Shown piece after piece: positions 43,501 through 55,019 of a DNA stretch of 64,000 bases (its first letter is position 1; every line of letters starts with the position of its first letter). Source of the DNA: Balanoglossus misakiensis (lineage: Eukaryota; Animalia; Hemichordata). The translations under genes and the position numbers were made by a program. The notes beneath the pieces are model-generated. The model did not search any database. It was not told the origin of the DNA and saw only the letters and a list, made by a program, of their open reading frames with translations. The stretch lies in NCBI GenBank assembly GCA_040954595.2, contig CM082595.2, positions 9,165,918 to 9,229,917 on the forward strand, in the 5' to 3' direction.

Positions 43501-46500
43501 TTTCGTCGAGTTTTTGAAAAAAGACGGGTGAAAATCATGAAAAAATGACAAATTTTCGACTTTGCAAAATCTGAAAATTTCGTCGATTTTTGAAAAAAAT
43601 CATGGGGGAAAATGATCAAAAAATGACAAATTTTCGACTGCAAAATCTCAAAATTTCGTCAATTTTGAAAAAAATCATGGGTGAAAATCATCAAAAAATG
43701 ACAATTTTTTTACTGCAAAATCTCAAAATTTCATCGATTTTTGAAAAAAATCATGGGTGAAAATCATCAAAAAATGATAAATTTTCGACTTTGCAAAATC
43801 TCAAAATTTCGTCGATTTTTGAAGAAAATCAAGGGTGAAAATCATCCAAAAATGACAAATTTTCGACTTTGCAAAATCTCAAAATTTCGTCGATTTTTGA
43901 AAAAAATCATGGGGAAAATGATCAAAAAATGACAAATTTTCGACTGCAAAAACTCAAAATTTCGTCAATTTTGAAAAAAATCATGGGTGAAAATCATCAA
44001 AAAATGACAAATTTTCCTCTTTGCAAAATCTATAAATTTCGTCGATTTTTGAAAAATTTTCAACTTTGCAAAATCTCAAAATTTCGTCGATTTTTGAAAA
44101 AAATCATGGGAGAAAATCATCAAAAAATGACAAATTTTTGACTGAAAAATCTCAAATTTTCGTCGATTTTTTAAAAAAAATTGTTGAAAATCATCAAAAA
44201 ATGACAAATTTTTGACTTTGCAAAATCTCAAAATTTCGTCAATTTTGAAAAAAATCATGGGTGAAAATCATCAAAAAATGACAAATTTTCGACATTGCAA
44301 AATCTCAAATTTTCGTCGATTTTTGAAAAAAATCATGGGGGAAAATGATCAAAAAATGACAAATTTTCGACTGCAAAATTTCAAAATTTCGTCAATTTTG
44401 AAAAAATCATGGGTGAAAATCATCAATTTATGACAAATTTTCGACTGCAAAAACTCAAAATTTCATCAATTTTGAAAAAAATCATGGGTGAAAATCATCA
44501 AAAAATGACAAATTTTCCTCTTTGCAAAATCTATAAATTTCGTCGATTTTTGAAAAATTTTCAACTTTGCAAAATCTCAAAATTTCGTCGATTTTTGAAA
44601 AAAATCATGGGGGAAAATCATCAAAAAATGACAAATTTTCGACTGCAAAATCTCAAAATTTCGTCGATTTTTGAAATAAATCATTGTTGAAAATTATCAA
44701 AAATTGACAAATTTTCCTTTTTGCAAAATCTCAAAATTTCGTCGATTTTGAAAAAAATCATGGGTGAAAATCATCAAAAAATGACAAATTTTCGACTTTG
44801 CAAAATCTCAAAATTTCGTCGATTTTTGAAGAAAATCATGGGTGAAAATCATCAAAAAATGACAAATTTTCCTCTTTGCAAAATCAATAAATTTCGTCGA
44901 TTTTTGAAAAATTTTCAACTTTGCAAAATCTCAAAATTTCGTCGATTTTTGAAAAAAATCATGGGGGAAAATCATCAAAAAATGACAAATTTTCGACTGC
45001 AAAATCTCAAAATTTCGTCGATTTTTGAAATAAATCATTGTTGAAAATTATCAAAAAATGACAAATTTTCCTCTTTACAAAATCACAAAATTTCGTCGAT
45101 TTTTTGAAAAAAGACGGGTGAAAATCATCTAAAAATGACAAATTTTCGACTTTGCAAAATCTCAAAATTTCGTTGATTTTTGAAAAAAATCATGGGGGAA
45201 AATCATCAAAAAATGACAAATTTACGACTACAAAATCTCAAAATTTCGTCGATTTGTGAAAAAAAATCATGGGTGAAAATCATCAAAAAATGACAAATTT
45301 TCGACTTTGCAAAATCTCAAAATTTTGCCAATTTTGAAAAAATCATGGGTGAAAATCATCAAAAAATGACAAATTTTTTACTGCAAAATCTCAAATTTTC
45401 GTCGATTTTTAAAAAAAATTGTTGAAAATCATCAAAAAATGACAAATTTTTGACTGCAAAATCTCAAAATTTCGTCGATTTTTGAAAAAATATCATTGTT
45501 GAAAATCATCAAAAAATGACAAATTTTCCTCTTTGCAAAATCTCAAAATTTCGTCGATTTTTGAAAAAAGACATGGGTGAAAATTATCAAAAAATGACAA
45601 ATTTTCGACTTTGCAAAATCTCAAAATTTCGTCGATTTTTGAAAAAATCATGGGTGAAAATCATGAAAAAATGACAAATTTTCGACTTTGCAAAATCTGA
45701 AAATTTCGTCGATTTTTGAAAAAAATCATTGGGGAAAATGATCAAAAAATGAAAAATTTTCGACTGCAAAATCTCAAAATTTCGTCAATTTTGAAAAAAA
45801 TCATGGTCGAAAATCATCAAATAATGACAATTTTTTTACTGCAAAATCTCAAAATTTGATCGATTTTTGAAAAAAATCATGGGGGAAAATCATCAAAAAA
45901 TGACAAATTTTCGACTTTGCAAAATCTCAAAATTTCGTCGATTTTTGAAGAAAATCAAGGGTGAAAATCATCAAAAAATGACAAATTTTCGACTTTGCAA
46001 AATCTCAAAATTTCGTCGATTTTTGAAAAAAATCATGGGGAAAATGATCAAAAAATGACAAATTTTCGACTGCAAAATTTCAAAATTTCGTCAATTTTGA
46101 AAAAATCATGGGTGAAAATCATAAAAAAATGACAAATTTTCGACTGCAAAATCTCAAAATTTCGTCGATTTTTGAAAAAAAAAACGGGTGAAAATCATCA
46201 AAAAATTACAAATTTTCGACTGCAAAAACTCAAAATTTCGTCAATTTTGAATTAAATCATGGGTGAAAATCATCAAAAAATGACAAATTTTCCTCTTTGC
46301 AAAATCTATAAATTTCGTCGATTTTTGAAAAATTTTCAACTTTGCAAAATCTCAAAATTTCGTCGATTTTGGAAAAAAATCATGGGGGAAAATCATCAAA
46401 AAATGACAAATTTTCGACTGCAAAATCTCAAAATTTCGTCGATTTTTGAAATAAATCATTGTTGAAAATTATCAAAAAATGACAAATTTTCCTCTTTGCA

Positions 46501-49500
46501 AAATCTCAAAATTTCGTCGAGTTTTTGAAAAAAGACGGGTGAAAATCATCTAAAAATGACAAATTTTCGACTTTGCAAAATCTCAAAATTTCGTTGATTT
46601 TTGAAAAAAATCATGGGGGAAAATCATCAAAAAATGACAAATTAACGACTACAAAATCTCAAAATTTCGTCGATTTGTGAAAAAAAATCATGGGTGAAAA
46701 TCATCAAAAAATGACAAATTTTCGACTTTGCAAAATCTCAAAATTTTGCCAATTTTGAAAAAATCATGGGTGAAAATCATCAAAAAATGACAATTTTTTT
46801 ACTGCAAAATCTCAAATTTTCGTCGATTTTTTAAAAAAATTGTTGAAAATCATCAAAAAATGACAAATTTTCGACTGCAAAATCTCAAAATTTCGTCGAT
46901 TTTTGAAATAAATCATTGTTGAAAATTATCAAAAAATGACAAATTTTCCTCTTTGCAAAATCTCAAAATTTCGTCGAGTTTTTGAAAAAAGACGGGTGAA
47001 AATCATGAAAAAATGACAAATTTTCGACTTTGCAAAATCTGAAAATTTCGTCGATTTTTGAAAAAAATCATGGGGGAAAATGATCAAAAAATGACAAATT
47101 TTCGACTGCAAAATCTCAAAATTTCGTCAATTTTGAAAAAAATCATGGGTGAAAATCATCAAAAAATGACAATTTTTTTACTGCAAAATCTCAAAATTTC
47201 ATCGATTTTTGAAAAAAATCATGGGTGAAAATCATCAAAAAATGATAAATTTTCGACTTTGCAAAATCTCAAAATTTCGTCGATTTTTGAAGAAAATCAA
47301 GGGTGAAAATCATCCAAAAATGACAAATTTTCGACTTTGCAAAATCTCAAAATTTCGTCGATTTTTGAAAAAAATCATGGGGAAAATGATCAAAAAATGA
47401 CAAATTTTCGACTGCAAAAACTCAAAATTTCGTCAATTTTGAAAAAAATCATGGGTGAAAATCATCAAAAAATGACAAATTTTCCTCTTTGCAAAATCTA
47501 TAAATTTCGTCGATTTTTGAAAAATTTTCAACTTTGCAAAATCTCAAAATTTCGTCGATTTTTGAAAAAAATCATGGGAGAAAATCATCAAAAAATGACA
47601 AATTTTTGACTGAAAAATCTCAAATTTTCGTCGATTTTTTAAAAAAAATTGTTGAAAATCATCAAAAAATGACAAATTTTTGACTTTGCAAAATCTCAAA
47701 ATTTCGTCAATTTTGAAAAAAATCATGGGTGAAAATCATCAAAAAATGACAAATTTTCGACATTGCAAAATCTCAAATTTTCGTCGATTTTTGAAAAAAA
47801 TCATGGGGGAAAATGATCAAAAAATGACAAATTTTCGACTGCAAAATTTCAAAATTTCGTCAATTTTGAAAAAATCATGGGTGAAAATCATCAATTTATG
47901 ACAAATTTTCGACTGCAAAAACTCAAAATTTCATCAATTTTGAAAAAAATCATGGGTGAAAATCATCAAAAAATGACAAATTTTCCTCTTTGCAAAATCT
48001 ATAAATTTCGTCGATTTTTGAAAAATTTTCAACTTTGCAAAATCTCAAAATTTCGTCGATTTTTGAAAAAAATCATGGGGGAAAATCATCAAAAAATGAC
48101 AAATTTTCGACTGCAAAATCTCAAAATTTCGTCGATTTTTGAAATAAATCATTGTTGAAAATTATCAAAAATTGACAAATTTTCCTTTTTGCAAAATCTC
48201 AAAATTTCGTCGATTTTGAAAAAAATCATGGGTGAAAATCATCAAAAAATGACAAATTTTCGACTTTGCAAAATCTCAAAATTTCGTCGATTTTTGAAGA
48301 AAATCATGGGTGAAAATCATCAAAAAATGACAAATTTTCCTCTTTGCAAAATCAATAAATTTCGTCGATTTTTGAAAAATTTTCAACTTTGCAAAATCTC
48401 AAAATTTCGTCGATTTTTGAAAAAAATCATGGGGGAAAATCATCAAAAAATGACAAATTTTCGACTGCAAAATCTCAAAATTTCGTCGATTTTTGAAATA
48501 AATCATTGTTGAAAATTATCAAAAAATGACAAATTTTCCTCTTTACAAAATCACAAAATTTCGTCGATTTTTTGAAAAAAGACGGGTGAAAATCATCTAA
48601 AAATGACAAATTTTCGACTTTGCAAAATCTCAAAATTTCGTTGATTTTTGAAAAAAATCATGGGGGAAAATCATCAAAAAATGACAAATTTACGACTACA
48701 AAATCTCAAAATTTCGTCGATTTGTGAAAAAAAATCATGGGTGAAAATCATCAAAAAATGACAAATTTTCGACTTTGCAAAATCTCAAAATTTTGCCAAT
48801 TTTGAAAAAATCATGGGTGAAAATCATCAAAAAATGACAAATTTTTTACTGCAAAATCTCAAATTTTCGTCGATTTTTAAAAAAAATTGTTGAAAATCAT
48901 CAAAAAATGACAAATTTTTGACTGCAAAATCTCAAAATTTCGTCGATTTTTGAAAAATATCATTGTTGAAAATCATCAAAAAATGACAAATTTTCCTCTT
49001 TGCAAAATCTCAAAATTTCGTCGATTTTTGAAAAAAGACATGGGTGAAAATTATCAAAAAATGACAAATTTTCGACTTTGCAAAATCTCAAAATTTCGTC
49101 GATTTTTGAAAAAATCATGGGTGAAAATCATGAAAAAATGACAAATTTTCGACTTTGCAAAATCTGAAAATTTCGTCGATTTTTGAAAAAAATCATTGGG
49201 GAAAATGATCAAAAAATGAAAAATTTTCGACTGCAAAATCTCAAAATTTCGTCAATTTTGAAAAAAATCATGGTCGAAAATCATCAAATAATGACAATTT
49301 TTTTACTGCAAAATCTCAAAATTTGATCGATTTTTGAAAAAAATCATGGGGGAAAATCATCAAAAAATGACAAATTTTCGACTTTGCAAAATCTCAAAAT
49401 TTCGTCGATTTTTGAAGAAAATCAAGGGTGAAAATCATCAAAAAATGACAAATTTTCGACTTTGCAAAATCTCAAAATTTCGTCGATTTTTGAAAAAAAT

Positions 49501-50400
49501 CATGGGGAAAATGATCAAAAAATGACAAATTTTCGACTGCAAAATTTCAAAATTTCGTCAATTTTGAAAAAATCATGGGTGAAAATCATAAAAAAATGAC
49601 AAATTTTCGACTGCAAAATCTCAAAATTTCGTCGATTTTTGAAAAAAAAAACGGGTGAAAATCATCAAAAAATTACAAATTTTCGACTGCAAAAACTCAA
49701 AATTTCGTCAATTTTGAATTAAATCATGGGTGAAAATCATCAAAAAATGACAAATTTTCCTCTTTGCAAAATCTATAAATTTCGTCGATTTTTGAAAAAT
49801 TTTCAACTTTGCAAAATCTCAAAATTTCGTCGATTTTGGAAAAAAATCATGGGGGAAAATCATCAAAAAATGACAAATTTTCGACTGCAAAATCTCAAAA
49901 TTTCGTCGATTTTTGAAATAAATCATTGTTGAAAATTATCAAAAAATGACAAATTTTCCTCTTTGCAAAATCTCAAAATTTCGTCGAGTTTTTGAAAAAA
50001 GACGGGTGAAAATCATCTAAAAATGACAAATTTTCGACTTTGCAAAATCTCAAAATTTCGTTGATTTTTGAAAAAAATCATGGGGGAAAATCATCAAAAA
50101 ATGACAAATTAACGACTACAAAATCTCAAAATTTCGTCGATTTGTGAAAAAAAATCATGGGTGAAAATCATCAAAAAATGACAAATTTTCGACTTTGCAA
50201 AATCTCAAAATTTTGCCAATTTTGAAAAAATCATGGGTGAAAATCATCAAAAAATGACAATTTTTTTACTGCAAAATCTCAAATTTTCGTCGATTTTTTA
50301 AAAAAATTGTTGAAAATCATCAAAAAATGACAAATTTTTGACTGCAAAATCTCAAAATTTCGTCGATTTTTGAAAAAAAATCATTGTTGAAAATCATCAA
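40510..50400 (+). repeat. Distal diverged layer: ~3,011/3,467-bp higher-order repeat, about 3 copies
   Basis: Offsets 40731>43741>47209, 41710>44721>48189 and 42856>45867>49334 (3010-3011, then 3467-3468). Layer-typical variants include TCTATAAATT, GAAATAAATCATTGTTG, TTTTCCTCTTTG and GACGGGTG. Confidence 0.9.
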
Positions 50401-50771
50401 ATAATGACAAATTTTCCTCTTTGCAAAATCTCAAAATTTCGTCGATTTTTGAAAAAAGACATGGGTGAAAATCATCAAAAAATGACAAATTTTAGACTTT
50501 GCAAAATCTCAAAATTTCGTCGATTTTTGAAAAAAAATCATGGAGGAAAATCATTAAAAAATGACAAATTTACGACTGCAAAATCTCAAAATTTCGTCGA
50601 TTTGTGAAAAAAAATCATGGGTGAAAATCATCAAAAAATGACAAATTTACGACTGCAAAATCTCAAAATTTCGTCGATTTGTGAAAAAAAATCATGGGTG
50701 AAAATCATCAAAAAATGACAAATTTTTGACTGCAAAATCTCAAAATTTCGTCGATTTTTGAAAAAAATCAT

Positions 50772-51330
50772 GGCAGGTGTCAAAGGTATCCCCCTGTATT
50801 TGGCATTTCATGATAGTTTCATCCCTCCAAATACCAAAGCTGCACCTGTACAACAGGATGAGATATGGCACTGTATGACAGAAGTCATCAAAATCACCTT
50901 ATACATTTGGGCAAAAACCAACTGACACTTACATTCGTCCCTGTGGAACAAAAACCACACCTATCGCCCTGTTGGTTAGTGTCCAATTAAATGTACAAAA
51001 TCAATGACTTAGGCAGGTGCAACAGGTGACCCCGCCTTTGGTATATCATTATGGTCCCATCCGTATATGCCCCCCCCCCCCCAAGCCAAAGCTGCATGCA
51101 TCTTCTGTAGATGCTCACTAAGCAAAAGTAGGTGAAAGGTCACATAAGGTCGCCCACAACTTGACGGGAAAATTGGACTTCATATTGATCCATGTGCAAC
51201 AAATACCACGCTACCACCCCTTTCATTGACCCCACAATTACGCATGCACATAATTATTGAGTTACGCAGGTGTCACAGGTGACCCCCGAATCGGGTGTAT
51301 TATTTTGGTCCCATACAGCTGCATGTAGCT
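50772..51330 (+). repeat. Diverged ~240-250 bp tandem repeat (type A), about 2.3 units, abutting the satellite
   Basis: Unit starts are GGCAGGTGTCAAAGGTATCCCC (50772), GGCAGGTGCAACAGGTGACCCC (51012) and GCAGGTGTCACAGGTGACCCCC (51266). Shared internal blocks include CCAAAGCTGCA and TGTG(G/C)AACAAA(A/T)ACCAC. Confidence 0.75.
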
Positions 51331-51399
51331 GCGTGCCGTTACGGGCGACCTGATAACCCACACGGCCACCTGCGGGCCGACCCCCATACTGAACGTCCA

Positions 51400-51655
51400 G
51401 TTGCAACATCACGACTGAAGTAGGAACTTTTGAACGGCAACGAAGCCTGATCTCTGATTATTGCTGGTACCAAACTCCCTTCGTGCAAGAAAATCACTGG
51501 TCTGCTGACGTATTTCAGGCAATTTCCCAAACTACTATCCACTACATGTGACTACAATGCTAATGAAACCTCCCACAACATTAGCGACTTAGAGTCAAAG
51601 CCCACTGCCAGTGTAGCCGGGTTTGCGTAGACACATTTGAATGGCAACAGCTAAC
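51400..51655 (+). repeat. Diverged ~240 bp repeat (type B), copy 1 plus the start of copy 2
   Basis: AGCCTGA...AATCACTGGTCTGCTGACGTATTTCAGGC...TGCTAATGAAACCTCCCACAACAT...GTCAAAG is colinear with 54,823-54,985. GCAACA recurs ~240 bp apart at 51403 and 51644. Confidence 0.75.
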
Positions 51656-51767
51656 AAATAATAACAATTCTTTATTTCAGACTTTAAAAAAAGTCCATAT
51701 ACCCAAAAGAGAGAAGAAAAAAAAACAATAATAATAATCTGACACTGAGACACACACAAAAAAAAAC

Positions 51768-54700
51768 TTACATGATATACAATTGCTTTCGCCAATGTTT
51801 GAAAAATATGCTGTCAGTCGCTCTATCTGATGAACAGATCGCATCAAGTAAAACATTAGAAGAATTTTCGAGTCTACGCTTAAGATGGGTCCCTGGGATC
51901 TTTTTGCTCGTTGCTATGGGCCTTTATAGGACATTACACCCCGATTTGGACTAAGCCGTTTTCAGAGTCTAACAAGGGGCTGGTAACTAGTTGAAAATCT
52001 GCACGATTGTGAGCGCGCGCCCCCTGACGCCATTGATATGAAAATTAGCTAGGTCAAATTTCAAAAGCCTAAGGCTTTTTATTCCGTGACCTCAAAAACG
52101 AACTTGATACGTATTCATTAGTTGCTTGAACCAGGGAAGATCGTGACGGATTTTGTTTTCGAATATTATCGTTGTATCCTAAGATTTCAGCATACCCGTA
52201 CCACACCTGAAAAAGTCATCGATTTTGGGTGTTTTTGGACGCACTCTTCCACCGGTATCGCTTCTTAGCACGACGAAAACCGAAAAAACGATCCTTCACA
52301 CTGTGCGGAAGTGCGTTCTCAACAAGCAGGTCAAATTTGACTGGCGTACGTGGCCTATGAAAAAAGCCTTAGGGATTTTCGTGAACGGTACAAAATCTCT
52401 GTGTACAAAACATTGGATTTTTAGCGTTCGATCCAGTTACTGTGGTTACAGGACGCGCACGCTATCGCTGACCGCTGCTTTGCCGTATTAGCGTGGCGGC
52501 CTATGGCCGGGTGGTAGCTGCCGTAAACATACTCGGACAGGGGGTGTGCACATAATCGTGCAGATTTTCAACTAGTTACCAGCCCCTTGTTAGACTCTGA
52601 AAACGGCTTAGTCCAAATCGGGGTGTAATGTCCTATAAAGGCCCACAGCAACGAGCAAAAAGATCCCAGGGACCCATCTTAAAACTGTACATATTGCGTC
52701 TAAAAACTTCACCAAGTGACAATACATGTACATGGTTTGTAGCAAACATACCCGATGCACAGCAAAATGGCGGAAGACCGAGAAATCTTCTGCAAACATT
52801 ATTGTACATAGTTTTAAATTTTTTCATCGGTTTAACTTTAAAGGATGCCCACAAACTGCAACAGTAAATATTACTACAATATGCCAAAAATAAAACTTTC
52901 TTCACATCTTGACTACAATGTTGAAAATGTCTCAATAGCATGTTTGCTCTTACACAAAATGCTCTTCTCTGTCGTTCAATATCTTCATTATCACAACCAT
53001 CACAAGATATAACATGGCCCAGATAGGTGTGTACAGGTACAAACTTTAAAGTGATGTCATTAAGTTTAACCGAAGGAATTCTTTGAACGCTCATATTCTT
53101 CCCATTAAAAAGCATGCACACAGTTTTACTAGAATTATAAATGATATCATAATCCTTGCCATAAATTTCACAAATTCTAAGAAGACGGCGTAGACCCTTA
53201 ATACTTGGACTGAGTAGAGTCATGTCGTCAGCGTAACCTAAAGTGTTAGCGCTGACACCACACATGGTACAGCTAACTTTGGCTTTACAGAGTGCATTGA
53301 TAATATCATCAATGTAGACATTAAAAAGATAGGGAGAGAGTACCCCCCCTTGTCTTACACCGTTAGAAACAGAAAACAACTCTGAGGTTTCATTACCCCA
53401 CAACACAGTAAACAATTGATTTCTGTACCATTAATATAAAATTCGTACAGCATACAAGGGAACATTCCTGTCGATGTGCTTGTTAATTATAACCAGTTTA
53501 AAGTGATTAACTCTGTCAAAAGCTTTTGAAGCATCCAGAAAACAAGTAAACACTGGTCTTCCATTGCTGGTGTAGTAGCTAATGATTTCTTTAAATGCAA
53601 ATAAACACAGGTCAGTTGAATGTTCTCGCTTGAAACCAAATTGTAAATAATGAGAGGTAAGAAACTCCTCACAACGAGAAAGTAAAATATGCTCAAAAAC
53701 TTTAGAGAAAACAGTTGCTAGTGCTATCGGCCGGTAGTTACTGGCATCACTACAAAGCTTAGTTTTATCCTTAATAATTGGAACTAAATTAACATTGATA
53801 GCCTCAGTTGGCAGGTAACCATGAACAATCATTGCATTAATACAACAAGTCAAAAAGGGTAAAATAGAGGAGTCTGAGAATTTGAGGTGCTCAGCTAAAA
53901 TATTGTCAATGCCAGCTGTCTTACCATCAGGTAACTTATGTATAGCAGAAATTACTTCGTCTTCAGAAACATACATATCAGAAGAAAATTTAACATACTT
54001 CATTTTCTCCTCGATGTCATTTTTACCAGTCTGAGCCTGGACAGAATTCAAAATATCACTGAAATGCTTGTGCCACATAATTGCAATTTCACTCTCACCA
54101 GTCGCTCCACCTACAGTGTCAGAAAGCGGCGTTTTTCTGCTAGTTTGCTTTCTGACTTCCTCCCAGAAGTCGTTCTGTTTGTGGCAGCGTAAATTATCAG
54201 CCATCTTGTCAGCCCTATTTTGATTCTCAATCTTTTTACAAGCACGTAAAGCATACTAAAAACGAGCTCTGGAAGATTTCATGGTTTCAAAAAGCGGGCC
54301 TTGTTTAGGTTAACCCACATTAACCCATAATAAAAACATGGAACGGGCATAGTCGTGACTTTCTTTTACAAAATCGTTCCAGCCAGGCACAACATGAACT
54401 TTCTGGTGAAACTTACGTCTAATGGTATCTTTTGCAGCACAATTCAATGCGTCCACAATACTACTATAACAAGTATCAATTGCCTGTAAATGCGAAGGGT
54501 CTGTACAGTTCACATTAGTGCAGAATAACTCTTCGGATAAATTAATCTTATCAATCTTGGCTTTGGTACAACCGGTGTAGGCGGATATATTCTGCTGTGA
54601 CAATTTTTTCCAATCAACTCGAAAATTACATTGCTTGAAGGAACTACTGCTGAAGCTTTCATCAGCAGAAGTGTTGAAATGAACCTCTATTGAAACAGGA

Positions 54701-54789
54701 ATATGGTCGGAGTCAACAACATTGCAAAGACTCGAAATTGAAAGAACATTGCTATGAGAAATTTCAGTGGTAACACAGTAGTCAATCCA
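51768..54789 (-). pseudogene. Disrupted endonuclease/reverse-transcriptase ORF of the LINE
   Basis: ORF-track pieces 54310-54603, 53431-54204 and 52633-53415 share one frame. In-frame stops lie at 54310-12, 54256-58 and 53431-33. Removing the MITE plus one TTAA restores ...YSFK-RRLENSSNVLLDAICSSDRATDSIFFKHWRKQLYIM* (stop at 51768-70), giving 741 codons with no frameshift. Confidence 0.92.
51884..52678. mobile_element. 795-bp non-autonomous DNA transposon (MITE), TTAA target duplication, Kolobok-like
   Basis: TTAA flanks at 51880-83 and 52679-82. Terminal inverted repeats of ~125 bp (GATGGGTCCCTGGGATC.../...GATCCCAGGGACCCATC) show one visible mismatch and extend degenerately to ~143 bp. Purine-purine termini with TTAA fit Kolobok better than piggyBac (CC termini). 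There is no transposase ORF. Confidence 0.92.
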
Positions 54790-54790
54790 A

Positions 54791-55000
54791 ACTCAGCGTA
54801 ATTCAATAAAACTCCCTAACACAGCCTGAACTCCGATAATGTGTTGTCCCAAAATTCATTCCGTGGAAAATAATCACTGGTCTGTTTACGTATTTCAGCC
54901 GATTTTCCAAGGACTACTGCAACCCGCCAGAAGTGAGTAGCCTGCTAATGAGATCTCCACAACATAACGTAATGACGGTCAAAGTCCGATGCCCCAGTGT
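54791..55000 (+). repeat. Diverged ~240 bp repeat (type B), remainder of copy 2
   Basis: AGCCTGA...AATCACTGGTCTGTTTACGTATTTCAGCC...TGCTAATGAGATCTCCACAACAT...GTCAAAG matches 51,445-51,600. Confidence 0.75.
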
Positions 55001-55019
55001 CCGTCCTCAGCCCACCAAA

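Larger units (their letters stand above)
1..50773 (+). repeat. Satellite DNA array, 78-bp monomer (continues beyond the left edge of the window)
   Basis: Uninterrupted head-to-tail copies of CATGGGTGAAAATCATCAAAAAATGACAAATTTTCGACTTTGCAAAATCTCAAAATTTCGTCGATTTTTGAAAAAAAT (78 nt). Recurrent SNP variants and short ~41-42, ~45 and ~28 bp deletion monomers occur. No inversion or foreign insertion was seen. The last monomer ends ...AAAATCATGG at 50,773. Confidence 0.99.
51657..54790 (-). mobile_element. 5'-truncated non-LTR retrotransposon (LINE), RTEX/RTE-like clade
   Basis: The minus strand encodes the end of an APE endonuclease (WIDY...SDHIPV) and a full RT (NYRPIAL, QFGFK, FLDASKAFDRVNH, GVRQGGVLSPYLFNVYIDD, YADD, YLG). 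A ~110-bp 3' UTR ends GTCTGAAATAAAG plus a short TTG/TTA tail. The clade is assigned from recalled motifs (e.g. PGWNDFVKE...). Confidence 0.93.

Noticed and set aside
444-50607. Numerous ORFs with the 26-aa repeat MGENHQKMTNFRLCKISKFRRFLKKI and antisense equivalents
   Set aside because: They arise because the 78-bp monomer is a multiple of 3 with a stop-free frame. Homopolymer indels shift the frame constantly, so there is no sign of coding constraint.
1-50773. CRISPR-like array or information-coding cassette array
   Set aside because: There are no unique spacers and no cas genes. Variation consists of point and indel variants propagated by duplication, in a eukaryotic context with spliceosomal introns.
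51772-52867. ORFs 51772-51954 (+) and 52608-52799 (-) sharing LRWVPGIFLLVA.GLYRTLHPDLD
   Set aside because: The shared peptide is simply the translation of the two MITE terminal inverted repeats.
51445-55000. LTR retrotransposon suggested by direct repeats flanking an RT
   Set aside because: The RT is non-LTR type with an APE remnant and an AATAAA tail. The repeats lack TG..CA ends, PBS and PPT, are strongly diverged, and are better explained as a split tandem dimer.
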